The notes under the pieces were generated by a model. It searched no databases and was not told where the DNA came from. It saw only the letters and a list, made by a program, of their open reading frames with translations. 64,000 nt of DNA. Origin: an uncultured Veillonellaceae bacterium (GTDB taxonomy: Bacteria > Bacillota > Negativicutes > JARBTT01). The translations under genes and the position numbers were made by a program. Below are positions 31,089 through 41,714 of the stretch, piece by piece. Within the stretch, counting starts at the first letter, position 1, and each line of letters starts with the position of its first letter. The stretch covers positions 480,001-544,000 of the forward strand of contig CAWDTA010000002.1 in the NCBI GenBank assembly GCA_963805085.1. Reading direction: 5' to 3'.

Positions 31089-31179
31089 TTGTAAACTTTA
31101 CAACGTTATGGTATTATGGCAATAATTACTTTAGTAATGAAGCTTATAAGGCTACCAAGCCTCTAAGCTTCATTTTTTT
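31089..31179 (+). ncRNA. candidate ~55-nt sRNA (promoter plus terminator, no ORF)
   Basis: TTGTAA-17-TATTAT with TGn (31089-31117); terminator AATGAAGCTTA...TAAGCTTCATT plus T-run (31136-31179). Confidence 0.35.
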
Positions 31180-31211
31180 ATTTTATTGCACTAAATCTTC
31201 TACATAGCAAG

Positions 31212-31478
31212 GGGACAGGTCCCATGTCCCACTACAATCTATCAATCACACTCTTAGAAATTCCTGTCATCTTTGCTAATTGCCATATCTTAATGCATCC
31301 TTTTCTTTTATCTTCCTAATTACGTCATCTCGTTGCTCTTTGTTTCATCGCTGCAATTGACTAATTATTGTTATTGTTATTCCTATTTCACTTTTTGCCC
31401 TAGCTTGTCTTGACATTGTATCACCATTAGTATATCGTCTTTTTATCAAAGGGACAACGAACCTGTCCCCTTGTCCCT
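31212..31478 (-). pseudogene. internally deleted RAYT with REP-like hairpins at both ends
   Basis: ATG 31416 gives MSRQARAKSEIG; 3' end reads QLAKMTGISKSVIDRL* (stop 31232); flanked by GGGACA...TGTCCC hairpins at 31212-31230 and 31450-31478. Confidence 0.75.
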
Positions 31479-31577
31479 ATTATATTTATATATTGTAATC
31501 ATTTTTTAACCAATGGTATAATCTATACGTGTGAGAATCTAAGGTTACTCAAAACGTAAAGGCGGGAATAAATTATA

Positions 31578-32255
31578 ATGAATGTTAAATTTTCTCCTTC
31601 GCTGATGTGTATGGACTTGATGAATATTGAAAGTGAGATCAAAAAGTTAGATACAAAAGCGGATTATTATCATGTGGATATTATCGATTGGCATTATTGC
31701 AAGAATATGTCGCTGGCACCTTGTTTCATAGAAGCCATTCACCGGATAACGAATGTACCACAGGAGGCGCATTTGTACGTAGATAACATTGATACTGATC
31801 TAATCGATTTATGCATTGAAAGCGGTGCTGAAATCATTACTATGCCACCAGAAGTTATTGAAAGGAACGCTTTTCGCCTAATACGTCAGATTAAAAAAGC
31901 AGGAAAGAAAGTGGGGATTTTTATCAATCCGGCTGTGAACCTGCAGGTTATAGAACCGTATATAGATTTAATAGATAGGCTTTTAATTATGACGGTAGAT
32001 CCTGGATTTGCCGGCCAAAAATTCGTTTTGCAGACGTTAGATAAAATAAAACTGGCGAGCAAATGGAAAAAGCAATTTGGTTATCAGTATGAAATAGCTG
32101 TAGACGGCTGTTGCAACGAAAATTATTACAAAAAACTTTATGACGCTGGAACAGAGGTTTTTATCGTCGGAAGTAGCGGATTATTCGGCAAGGATCAGGA
32201 TACATTGAAAGCATTGGAAATTGCAGAACATTTTATCAATGAAGCAACTGTATAA
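31578..32255 (+). CDS. alsE: D-allulose-6-phosphate 3-epimerase-like (RPE family)
   Basis: FSPSLMCMDL, HVDIID, MTVDPGFAGQKF, VDG, VGSSGLF. Confidence 0.8.
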   Translation: MNVKFSPSLMCMDLMNIESEIKKLDTKADYYHVDIIDWHYCKNMSLAPCFIEAIHRITNVPQEAHLYVDNIDTDLIDLCIESGAEIITMPPEVIERNAFRLIRQIKKAGKKVGIFINPAVNLQVIEPYIDLIDRLLIMTVDPGFAGQKFVLQTLDKIKLASKWKKQFGYQYEIAVDGCCNENYYKKLYDAGTEVFIVGSSGLFGKDQDTLKALEIAEHFINEATV

Positions 32256-32332
32256 GAAAAGTTTGTGTTTCCTGTCCACTTATTGAAAAGGAAACGTATT
32301 TAAAATATACAATAAAAACGAGCCAAGATACA

Positions 32333-32384
32333 TGAGGTGACCCCCATAAGTTAGATTTAGGTCTAACTTATGGGGGTCACCTCA
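32333..32384. mobile_element. 52-bp IS3-family-like MITE
   Basis: 23-bp perfect inverted arms TGAGGTGACCCCCATAAGTTAGA, TG...CA ends, ACA duplicated on both flanks; sits in the loop of a terminator stem. Confidence 0.8.
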
Positions 32385-32529
32385 ACATTCTTGGCTCGTT
32401 TTTTATATCTCGAAAAGAGACGTTTTAGCTTACTGATCAATTTTTGATTTTGAAAAATTTTTGGAATCATAGTACAGCCTTACATAGAAACGAGCATTAC
32501 AATTCGTTAATTGCGCATATTCAGTATTT

Positions 32530-34050
32530 TCATTTATTGTTATTCCAATAAACTTCCATGGCTTCATTTAACCGCCACCATTCTTCATAACGCTTATTAT
32601 AAATTTCAGCTAAATCTAGATTCGGCTGAATAGGCGTTTTAATTTTTACCGCCATATCAAAAGCTTCGTTATAATCTTTATATACGCCTGCACCTATTCC
32701 TGCTGCAATAGCTACCCCCAAAGCTCCAGTTTCATCGCAATCAACAATTTCAACAGGAATTTGCACAACATCGGCAAAAATTTGTGTCCACACTTTACTT
32801 TTTGACATACCACCAGTCAACCGAATAATCTTTCCCGGCAATCCAGATTTTTTCAAAAAATCAATATGGTATTTATGAATAAATGCTATTCCTTCTACTA
32901 CCGCATAACACATATCAGCAAAAGATGTATGTGCATCTATATTGAAAAAAGCTGCTTTAGCATTTACATTAAGACTTGGCGAAGCAACATATGGTAAAAA
33001 AAACACTTTAGCCTGCTTTGGTGAAATACTTTGAATCTCCTCATTTAATACATCGAACATCGAAATACCTTTTTCTTTAGCCATTACTTTAGCTCTATCA
33101 CACAAAGTTGTCGTAAACCATTCATAATTCGATGCAGAAGCTCCTGTATATGAACAATTCAAATATTCACCTTTCTTAATATATGGCATATTAGATGAAG
33201 CACTCGGTATGATTTTCGACGAATGTGTTTCGTTGATACACCACGACCCAGCGATTGACGTAACAACACCATCATTGACAGCACCAGCCCCTACTAAACA
33301 TGCTAAAATATCCATCATACCAGCCACTACTGGTGTTCCTTCATATAATCCTGTTTCCACAGCTGCCTTCGCACTGACCTTACCTACAACTTCGTCTGGG
33401 CTTGAAGCCATTTTAGGCAGCTTATCAAACATTTCTGGAATACCATATAACTCCATCAATTGTTTAGAATATTCCATCGTATCCAAATCTACCATAAATG
33501 ATCCGCCAAATACATTAAGATCCGTTGCAAATACATTCGTTAACCGATACATGATATAATCTTTAAACATCAAAATACCACCGATATCATTGTAAACTTT
33601 TGGTTCATGTTCTTTATACCAACGTAGAATCGGTCCTGGTTCTCCTGCAAATAAAGTACCTTTTACAATTTTATTAATTTTTTCATAATTTCCATTTTTC
33701 TTATACAAATCCAGAATTTCATTTGCACGATAATCTTGTGAAAAACATCCCGGAGCAATTGCTAAACCACTTTTATCTAGAAAAGTTACACCATTACCAA
33801 AAGAAGTAACCCCAATACCAGCAATATCAACTGCATTTATATTCGCTTTTTCAATTGCTTCTTGAATACATTTTGAAATAAGCAGCCATAGTTCATCTAC
33901 ATCAAATTCTTCAAAGCCACTGCCTCGATCAACCCGCATACTTCTCATGCTTGGTGTAGATGTAACTGATACAACTTGTCCTTTTTTAGAAAAAATAACA
34001 ACTTTGCTCGAAGTACATCCAGCATCTATACCAATCAAATATTTACCCAT
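32530..34050 (-). CDS. FGGY-family carbohydrate kinase
   Basis: IGIDAGCTSSK, LTGG, ETGALGVAI. Confidence 0.9.
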   Translation of the reverse strand: MGKYLIGIDAGCTSSKVVIFSKKGQVVSVTSTPSMRSMRVDRGSGFEEFDVDELWLLISKCIQEAIEKANINAVDIAGIGVTSFGNGVTFLDKSGLAIAPGCFSQDYRANEILDLYKKNGNYEKINKIVKGTLFAGEPGPILRWYKEHEPKVYNDIGGILMFKDYIMYRLTNVFATDLNVFGGSFMVDLDTMEYSKQLMELYGIPEMFDKLPKMASSPDEVVGKVSAKAAVETGLYEGTPVVAGMMDILACLVGAGAVNDGVVTSIAGSWCINETHSSKIIPSASSNMPYIKKGEYLNCSYTGASASNYEWFTTTLCDRAKVMAKEKGISMFDVLNEEIQSISPKQAKVFFLPYVASPSLNVNAKAAFFNIDAHTSFADMCYAVVEGIAFIHKYHIDFLKKSGLPGKIIRLTGGMSKSKVWTQIFADVVQIPVEIVDCDETGALGVAIAAGIGAGVYKDYNEAFDMAVKIKTPIQPNLDLAEIYNKRYEEWWRLNEAMEVYWNNNK

Positions 34051-34127
34051 TTTTCACACTTCCTTCTCTTTAACTTACATATTTATCTATTCTCATAATT
34101 TAATACGGGCACTATATTAGATTTTGC

Positions 34128-34886
34128 TTAACGCATCAACATACCGCCAGTTGCATCCAATGTAATTCCCGTAAGATAGTCTGCTTTATTTGAAGCCAGA
34201 AAAGCAACGCCATAGGCAACTTCTTCTGGCCTTGCTACTCGACCTAGCGGTATTCGGTCTTCATAGTAGTTGCTTTTTTCTTTTATGGCCTCTCTTATCA
34301 GTGGAGTATCCATGATTCCTGGAGCCACCGCATTCACCTGAATCCCATAACCAGCCATTTCACGTGCCAAAGAAATCGTAAAAGAGACCAAACCACCCTT
34401 TGATGCTGCATAATGTGCATGGCCTGTGGTCGATCCATGAAAGGCTGCCTGAGATACAATATTTACGATTTTCCCCTTCTTACTATTCGCTAATAAATGT
34501 TTCACAAATAATTTACACATAATAAACGGCGCAACTAAATTCATATCTAATGTATGCCTAAAATCAGCTTCATCCATATCTACTACATAGGCCTGCGGCC
34601 AAACTGCAGCATTATTGATAAGCACATCTAATGTCTGATAGTGTTCAAGAGATAGAGCAAATATCTTATCAATATCCCTTCGTTGCAAAAGATCTGCCCC
34701 AACACCAATTGTATCTATAGCATACTTTGCACGCAGTTCATCAGCATATTCCATTGCATCCTGCTCGTTTCGACTTACAACAATTAAATTTGTTCCTTCG
34801 CCTGCCATAACCTCACAGATGGCCCGCCCCAACCCTTTTGTTCCACCACTCACCAGAACATTTTTGCCTTTTAAACCAAAATCCAT
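34128..34886 (-). CDS. short-chain dehydrogenase/reductase
   Basis: SGGTKGLG, INNAA, YAASK, VNAVAPG. Confidence 0.93.
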   Translation of the reverse strand: MDFGLKGKNVLVSGGTKGLGRAICEVMAGEGTNLIVVSRNEQDAMEYADELRAKYAIDTIGVGADLLQRRDIDKIFALSLEHYQTLDVLINNAAVWPQAYVVDMDEADFRHTLDMNLVAPFIMCKLFVKHLLANSKKGKIVNIVSQAAFHGSTTGHAHYAASKGGLVSFTISLAREMAGYGIQVNAVAPGIMDTPLIREAIKEKSNYYEDRIPLGRVARPEEVAYGVAFLASNKADYLTGITLDATGGMLMR

Positions 34887-34901
34887 ATTTCTCTCCCCAC
34901 T

Positions 34902-35930
34902 TTAGTGCTTATTCACAATAAATCTCGACATTTCTCCATCTAAATATTTAATCATTTCCTTTGATAAAAGCTTTGGTGAATTTAAAAACGCATCTACTGT
35001 ACCTCCCGCTAAATGTGGAGTCACCGTAACATTAGGCAATGTCAATAGCGGATAATCCTTAGGCGGCGGTTCAACATCAAATACATCAAGAGCCGCACCA
35101 ATCATATGCCTAGATAATAAAGCTTCATATAAAGCTTTTTCATCAACAAGTCCTGACCGTGCTGTGTTAATAAAATATGCACCAGGTTTTATCATCCGAA
35201 TAAAATCAGCATTAATCATTCGTTCTGTTTCTTTATTAAGCCGTGTATGAATTGTTAAAAAATCCGCATTTTGCGCAACTTCCTCTAATGAAGCCAATTT
35301 TATATAATCGGGTACTTCTTTAATATAAGGATCATAGCCTACAATCTTCATTTCAAAACCATGCAACCGTTGTGCAACTTTTTGACCAACTTGACCTAGT
35401 CCAATAATCCCCACTGTTTTCTCACTGAGATCTGGTACAACCGCTACATTTGTATAATCCCTTACCCAATGACCACTCTTCATATTCATGTGGCTTTTCG
35501 CAATGTTGCGACACTCACAGATAAGCAGCCCAACCGTGAAATCTGCTACAGCAGTTGCATTTCTGCCCGGCGTATTATAGACTAAGATTCCTTTCTCTGT
35601 TGCGTAATCCACATTAATATTTTCATACCCGCTTCTCAACACACCAATAATCTTTAAATTTTTACAAGCGTCTATAACCTTGCGCGAAATCGGGCAAAAC
35701 TGCGTAATGATAATATCTGCATCCTTAACCGCTGCTATTATTTCATCTGGCACATCATAAACTTCACTGCCATTTGTTTCTACTTGTAAATTAATATGCT
35801 GCAATTCTTCATAAGAACTCTGCTGCCACTTCACTGTTTTTACCGTAATTCCTTTTGCCTCAAAATTTTCAAATCCTTTTTCTATCATATTTGCTGGAAT
35901 CAGCAAATCCCCTATACCTACAATTTTCAT
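34902..35930 (-). CDS. D-isomer-specific 2-hydroxyacid dehydrogenase
   Basis: GLGQVG, INTARSG, LDVFDVEP, TPHLAG. Confidence 0.92.
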   Translation of the reverse strand: MKIVGIGDLLIPANMIEKGFENFEAKGITVKTVKWQQSSYEELQHINLQVETNGSEVYDVPDEIIAAVKDADIIITQFCPISRKVIDACKNLKIIGVLRSGYENINVDYATEKGILVYNTPGRNATAVADFTVGLLICECRNIAKSHMNMKSGHWVRDYTNVAVVPDLSEKTVGIIGLGQVGQKVAQRLHGFEMKIVGYDPYIKEVPDYIKLASLEEVAQNADFLTIHTRLNKETERMINADFIRMIKPGAYFINTARSGLVDEKALYEALLSRHMIGAALDVFDVEPPPKDYPLLTLPNVTVTPHLAGGTVDAFLNSPKLLSKEMIKYLDGEMSRFIVNKH

Positions 35931-36003
35931 GTATATCGTCTCCTCTCGTTTATAGGACTTTAACTACCAATTCACCTTGCCAATTAAATATTTGGGTGTA
36001 TAC

Positions 36004-36068
36004 AAAAAAACGGTAATAAGTCGTAGGTTAACGCCTATGACTTATTACCGAATTCTAATCACATTCCG
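36004..36068 (-). terminator. leader terminator with putative GlpP antitermination element
   Basis: GGAATGTGATTAGAATTCG runs into the stem CGGTAATAAGTC/GACTTATTACCG plus a U-run. Confidence 0.65.
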
Positions 36069-36161
36069 ATATCTAATATTTTGTTGTAATTTTTTTACTT
36101 TTTTGAAAACATTTTATCTATCCTTTTAGTTATAGCTGAACCAAACTTGACATTCCCCCAT

Positions 36162-39080
36162 TTATCCCAAACTTTCATTTTGATCAAAGACATTTATAAA
36201 TTCCATAGGCGTTTTTGCTCCTATTAACTCAGCTACTTTTTTCTCTTGTTTCAATATTCTAAATAATTCTGTCACTATATTAACGTCATGCTCTCCAATC
36301 GCCAACATACATATCAATTTAACTTTTCTTCCTTCACTATCCCATTCGACCGCATTTTTAAGTCGTAAAAATATGATGCAAGAATTGTTTACATAAGCAG
36401 ACATTCCATGAGGGATTGCTATTTCACCTTTAAAATAGGTAGTATTCATTTTTTCCCGCTCTACCACAGATTCAAGATATTCTTTTTTAATATATCCATT
36501 ATTAAATGCCAGCGCACACATACGCTCTAAGATTTGCTGCTTTGTCGTCAAGTCAAAATCCAATAAAATGGAATCTTCCCTTACTATGCTTCTTATTTTC
36601 ATCAAAGAATTGGGTTTTAAAATATAATCCAGAAAAATTTTATTACTATTTATAAAATCCTTTTCAAAAGAAATAAATTTTATCCCCTCGATTCCAGGAT
36701 TTATAGTTCCAACGATAGCCACAATATTATATTTCAATTTCAAACAATCAATTTTTTTCTTTAAATCCTCCTCAACCAGCCCTAATGTAAATATTTTCAA
36801 ATAACTATACCTATCTGATAGAACCGCTTTTATATTTTCTGCCATTCCTTGCCCAGTAAGACACATAGCAACTACTGCCGGAGGTTTTTGGGACTTATTA
36901 TCTGGCACCATTTGAAATTTATACTTTAGATTAACCAATTCATAATATATATCATCTAAATCTTTCTCTTCTATATAGACTTTTCTTACAGCTTCCAATA
37001 CAGTAAGGATATCGATTCTGTCAATCGTACGTGTCTTTATCCCCGTTCTTTTATTTATAACATCGCCGACATTGACCAAAGACCCCATGTCTACCAAAAA
37101 CAAGATTCCCTTTCCTGTATTTAGTATTTTTGCTATTTCTATAGTTTTTTCAAATATCTTAGAAGGATTCACAGCCAACGGCATATCAATAGCAATCGGG
37201 AAATGTATATTCATAAGCTCATTAACTACCTTTAACATTTCTGTCGCTATTTTGCCGTGACACATGATGATAATTCCTATTTTATTTTTTTTCTGCTTAA
37301 CTTCAAGCAATTTTTTTATATACATTGCGATAAAGCTTATTTCATCTTCCGGTATTTGAATTCTTTCTCTATTTTCAATTTTTAAAGCCAATTGACATGC
37401 CAGTTCATATTCTTCTTTCATATTTTTTCTTATATATAGAGAATTAGGATTTATTATTTCTACCTTAAAACGTATCCGCTTTATCGCCTCATTTATATGA
37501 ATAGCCAAATATAAAATAATATTCCCATTTATTGCACACTGCGGATATTTTACCTTTAACTCTATAACAAATTCTTTGAGAATATCAATAATAGAATCTT
37601 TTACGACATATTTCAGATTATCCAGACAAGCAATTTCATTTTTTATATTTGCATCAAAATCCATCATATTAAAATTTTTCATAATAAATGTCCACATAAT
37701 TTTTTCGATTTCGTCTGGGGATAAATCTAAATTTTTAAGTTTCTGATATTTTTTTTCTATTTTTTGATAGATATCCTCCGGTAGTGAATATTTCGTTTCC
37801 TTCATTACATTGTGATCCACAACCATAGCATCTGTATTATTTTGAGGAATCAAAAGTTTATCTTTTATAATCCTATTTAATTCAGACATATCATACGTAT
37901 CCACACTGGCATCTTCACTAAAAAAATTATTGTACAATATCTCATTTAACCCTATATCGATTTCATTTTTTCCTGAATTTATTTTATCTATATAAGCATT
38001 GGCACAAGTAACCTGTATTTCACTCTTAATTTGCCCTATATTCCCCTGATAGTCTTTTAAAATAAACGATTTAATTATTTTTTTATTTAAAAAAATTTTA
38101 GAATTAATTCGATTTGCTTCCACCTGAAAAAATTCATAAATCAACTGAACTTTCTCACTGGCAGAACGATTTTTCAGCGACGGCATCGAAATAATCATAG
38201 GAATTCTTCGCCGGAAACTTGTGAGCAAAGTTGATTCTATATTTTCCGTAGTAGCCCCAATAAAAAAAATGCGGGCCTTTCTTTCACCTGATGTTTCTCC
38301 CAACCTTCTGAAAGTGCCTTTATCCAATAACGAAAAAAGAATTTCCTGCCCTTTGGGTGGCAGCCTGTGTATTTCATCTAAAAAAAGTATATTATTATCG
38401 GCTTTTTCCACAAGACCTTCTGTATCTGTATCCGCCCCAGTAAAAGCCCCTTTTTTATAACCATATAGGATAGACAGTAATAATTGTGGATTATCTGCAT
38501 AATCCGCACAGTTTAACGACATAAACGCAGCATCTTCAGCGATAATATTCTCTTGAATAGCATACTTATGCATATATTCCACAAAAAGCGTTTTCCCTGT
38601 ACCACTTTCGCCTATGATGAGCGTTGCCAACCCAAAAGGTGGATATCGTACAGAGGCTTTCGCTTGTTTTATACAATTTTTAAGACTTCTATCATACCCC
38701 ACCAAGTTGCTAAAAATATCGGCCTTCTTATCTTGTGGTAGCTGCACCGGCTGCTGCCTCTGTAATTTCAAATCAACTTCATAGTTGTCAAGTGCTTTAT
38801 TTATATAAGGTACAGACACTTCAAAGCCCAGCTTCGCAAATTCCATACTGATCTGTTTTGAATTCATATCATTATTTTTCTTTTTTAAAGAATGTATAAT
38901 CTCCAAGATTGAATTTTTTTTTCGTTCTCTTGAATTTGGTATATTTAATTCGTTTCTAACATTGGTCACCGTTTCTCTCAATACAGAAATTTTCTGTGAT
39001 ATTTCTTCATCACTCAATGGCTGTGTAATATCTTCGCGTTCAATAATTTCTTTGATTTTTTTTAAGGTATTTTCGTTCAT
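36162..39080 (-). CDS. sigma54-dependent PRD-domain activator (LevR/DgaR-like) with EIIA/EIIB domains
   Basis: GESGTGKT, GAFTGA, LDEIHRL, PRD motif (LAIHI), CHG and VDMGSL, CLTGQG, C-terminal AIPHG; start likely ATG 39080. Confidence 0.9.
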   Translation of the reverse strand: MNENTLKKIKEIIEREDITQPLSDEEISQKISVLRETVTNVRNELNIPNSRERKKNSILEIIHSLKKKNNDMNSKQISMEFAKLGFEVSVPYINKALDNYEVDLKLQRQQPVQLPQDKKADIFSNLVGYDRSLKNCIKQAKASVRYPPFGLATLIIGESGTGKTLFVEYMHKYAIQENIIAEDAAFMSLNCADYADNPQLLLSILYGYKKGAFTGADTDTEGLVEKADNNILFLDEIHRLPPKGQEILFSLLDKGTFRRLGETSGERKARIFFIGATTENIESTLLTSFRRRIPMIISMPSLKNRSASEKVQLIYEFFQVEANRINSKIFLNKKIIKSFILKDYQGNIGQIKSEIQVTCANAYIDKINSGKNEIDIGLNEILYNNFFSEDASVDTYDMSELNRIIKDKLLIPQNNTDAMVVDHNVMKETKYSLPEDIYQKIEKKYQKLKNLDLSPDEIEKIMWTFIMKNFNMMDFDANIKNEIACLDNLKYVVKDSIIDILKEFVIELKVKYPQCAINGNIILYLAIHINEAIKRIRFKVEIINPNSLYIRKNMKEEYELACQLALKIENRERIQIPEDEISFIAMYIKKLLEVKQKKNKIGIIIMCHGKIATEMLKVVNELMNIHFPIAIDMPLAVNPSKIFEKTIEIAKILNTGKGILFLVDMGSLVNVGDVINKRTGIKTRTIDRIDILTVLEAVRKVYIEEKDLDDIYYELVNLKYKFQMVPDNKSQKPPAVVAMCLTGQGMAENIKAVLSDRYSYLKIFTLGLVEEDLKKKIDCLKLKYNIVAIVGTINPGIEGIKFISFEKDFINSNKIFLDYILKPNSLMKIRSIVREDSILLDFDLTTKQQILERMCALAFNNGYIKKEYLESVVEREKMNTTYFKGEIAIPHGMSAYVNNSCIIFLRLKNAVEWDSEGRKVKLICMLAIGEHDVNIVTELFRILKQEKKVAELIGAKTPMEFINVFDQNESLG

Positions 39081-39457
39081 GGTATTTCCACCACCCCTAA
39101 TATATATTGAATCCGCTGACATAGAGGTTTCTGTTCCGTAATTCAGCCGGCATTAACTACTATTGTAATCATAATAATACTACACTTCATTGTACTCTAG
39201 CTATTGGTATTTACTGTCCACCTCAAAGATTGGGACATATCACAAAAATATAACATCGCAATTCTTATATAACCGCACCTTCATTACAAAAGGTGGTATG
39301 TTTGCTTAACTGCCTTCTTATGAAATTCAGCCATGCCATATCTGTCAAATTGCCATGTAAATAAAGACTTGCATAAAAATCAATGAATTTTATTACTGTT
39401 TTAATATTTATAATTGCCATCAAGTAGAATCTTATTATTTTTCTAGATTTTAAAACA

Positions 39458-39760
39458 AGCCCCTAATCCAATTAGGGGCTACAGACTGTCGACAAAATAA
39501 AAATATTTACATTGATAAATAGAAACAATCTAAATTCGTACCACTTATAAACTAGCACGAAGATAGGCTGCCGGTTGGAGAGAAGTGCTCAGATGCTAGG
39601 CGCAGCAAGGCGTTGCGAAGGAGTCGTACTCTTGTACGTCGACGAGCAGCACCTTGCTGCAACGACGCAAATGGGTGCTTATCGCCTGCCTGCGGCCTAT
39701 CTGTCCATAGTACCCCTAAAATCTGCAGCCCCTAATCCAATTAGGGGCTGCATAGTTTGT
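39458..39760. mobile_element. MITE-like structured repeat, copy 2, with two 23-bp hairpin repeats
   Basis: Homologous to 22438-22674 from position 39482; AGCCCCTAATCCAATTAGGGGCT at 39458-39480 and 39727-39749. Confidence 0.75.
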
Positions 39761-39866
39761 ACTAAAAAAGGATAAGTACCTCTGGACTTTTTGTATTTTC
39801 TAAACTCTATCAGAATGTAAAACTTCCGATGTACTTACCAGTCTCTTATATCATCAATCTTTTCGC

Positions 39867-40340
39867 CTAAGAGAGTTTTAATATCTGTGACATGAAAATC
39901 TGATATGCTTCTGCTTTAGATTCTATATGATACAACTTTTCTAAATTTTCCTCGTACTTACAATAATTTACTATATTTTTCAAGTAATTCAAATGTTTGT
40001 TTTCGCCTTTCAGCGCCAATAAAAACATTATCCCCGCTTCTATTTTTGTTCCATTATTTTCCATGGTGTAAAATTCGACAGGCTTTTTAGAAATACACAT
40101 GACGACCGCTGGTCGTATTACATTTTCATGCTCTGAATGAGGCACTGCAATTCCTATAGGGCTTGTACTTAATCCGGTAGGAAATACACGCTCTCTTTCA
40201 ATCGTAGCATCAGCATATTTATCATTCACAAATCCTTTTTCCTGTAAATATCCTGCTATATGTTTAATAGCTGTCTCTTGTGTCTTTATGTCATCTACAA
40301 TTAATACATCATAATATATTCCATCAATTATACTATTCAT
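39867..40340 (-). CDS. PTS galactitol-family EIIA
   Basis: RERVFPTGL, IAVPH; start likely 40340. Confidence 0.9.
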   Translation of the reverse strand: MNSIIDGIYYDVLIVDDIKTQETAIKHIAGYLQEKGFVNDKYADATIERERVFPTGLSTSPIGIAVPHSEHENVIRPAVVMCISKKPVEFYTMENNGTKIEAGIMFLLALKGENKHLNYLKNIVNYCKYEENLEKLYHIESKAEAYQIFMSQILKLS

Positions 40341-40439
40341 ACTACGGCCTCCCCCCTTTTCTATGATTAAGACAGTAGACACTTTTCTCTTAATAAAATG
40401 AAATCTCTCTATATTCTAGATGATTAAGAAGAAAACTCT

Positions 40440-41714
40440 CTAAAATCCAAATACAAAGCCAAATGCTTTATAAACCAACACAACTAAAGGTGTCCCTGTC
40501 GCATCCCAAGCTGATATTGCTCCTTGTGCAACATCATATTTCATCGTCCCAGCCAAAGCCGTCATCGGGGTTGCCATTAAAGTTGCCCCCCAGCAAAATA
40601 GAGCTACTATAAAAGATTCAATAATTATATTGTGAAATATATTTCCTTCCGTTATAGCATTTACTGCGGCACTTTCCCAAAGAACTATGATTAAACTTAT
40701 CGTAGCTATCATTTGATTTCCTGGAAGTACAAGGGAGATCAATAATGCGATCGGATACATAATTAATGTGGTAGGCGTAACTGCTGCATGACCAATTACC
40801 GTTGAACAATCAAGCGCTATGCGAACATCATCCCGCTTCAATTTACTTGTAAGCGATTTTTTTGCATTTCTAATAACCGGGAACCATCCTTCTACTAGGA
40901 TAGAAGCCATTTTCGGCAAAAGCAAAAATGCTGCTGCCATTTTAACTCCTAATAAAAGAGCTCCCATAACCCCTATTTGACTTAAAGCCCCAATAAATAT
41001 ACCTACTACAGCCCCCATGACCGTACTTTCACCAAATATTCCGACTTTTTCTTCTATTGTTTCTGCCTTTAAATTAATATCTTTTATAATTGGAGTTCTC
41101 TTTAACACCCACTCCAAAGGAATTGCGATACATGCTTGAAAAGAAAAATGACTGCCATGTGGCCAAGAACCACCGGGAGGAAAACCATTGATTTTTTCGA
41201 TATACGGCGCAGCAATATCAGCTGCTTTTAGATCAATTACCAAAAATACAATAACCGCTACCGTTGCTATCCAGAAATTATTTGATGCAACTCCCACAAG
41301 ACCAGCTAAAAGCATAGCTCTCCAGGTGTTAAATACATCCACATATAATGTATCTGTAAACCTTATATAAACTAAAAAAACATTTAATATTAAAAATAGC
41401 AATACGCCAAAATATCCATATGGGTTACCGAATGCATAGCTCAAGCACCCCCAGCCGATATCTATGACACTTTTACTGAATCCATATACTTGGATTATGT
41501 TGTTTACAGGACCTAACATTGCCTGCTGGATAAGTCCAACGATTAGCATTATCCCTTGAAGCCCTATGGATACTTTGATCGCCCCAAGTATAGCTTTTTT
41601 GATTGGCACTTGTACAATTAAAGCAATGAATAGGAACAATCCTATGATTGTTACTGCAGAATCAAAACCAAAAAAAGCAGATAGAATATCGGTTACTTCA
41701 CTTACTATATTCAT
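40440..41714 (-). CDS. PTS galactitol-family EIIC
   Basis: IDIGW, VDVFNTW, GIFGE, IALD; multi-TM; start likely 41714. Confidence 0.88.
   Translation of the reverse strand: MNIVSEVTDILSAFFGFDSAVTIIGLFLFIALIVQVPIKKAILGAIKVSIGLQGIMLIVGLIQQAMLGPVNNIIQVYGFSKSVIDIGWGCLSYAFGNPYGYFGVLLFLILNVFLVYIRFTDTLYVDVFNTWRAMLLAGLVGVASNNFWIATVAVIVFLVIDLKAADIAAPYIEKINGFPPGGSWPHGSHFSFQACIAIPLEWVLKRTPIIKDINLKAETIEEKVGIFGESTVMGAVVGIFIGALSQIGVMGALLLGVKMAAAFLLLPKMASILVEGWFPVIRNAKKSLTSKLKRDDVRIALDCSTVIGHAAVTPTTLIMYPIALLISLVLPGNQMIATISLIIVLWESAAVNAITEGNIFHNIIIESFIVALFCWGATLMATPMTALAGTMKYDVAQGAISAWDATGTPLVVLVYKAFGFVFGF

Noticed and set aside
30941-31090. T-box or leader-peptide attenuator for ilvBH
   Set aside because: No T-box consensus or Leu/Ile/Val-rich uORF visible.
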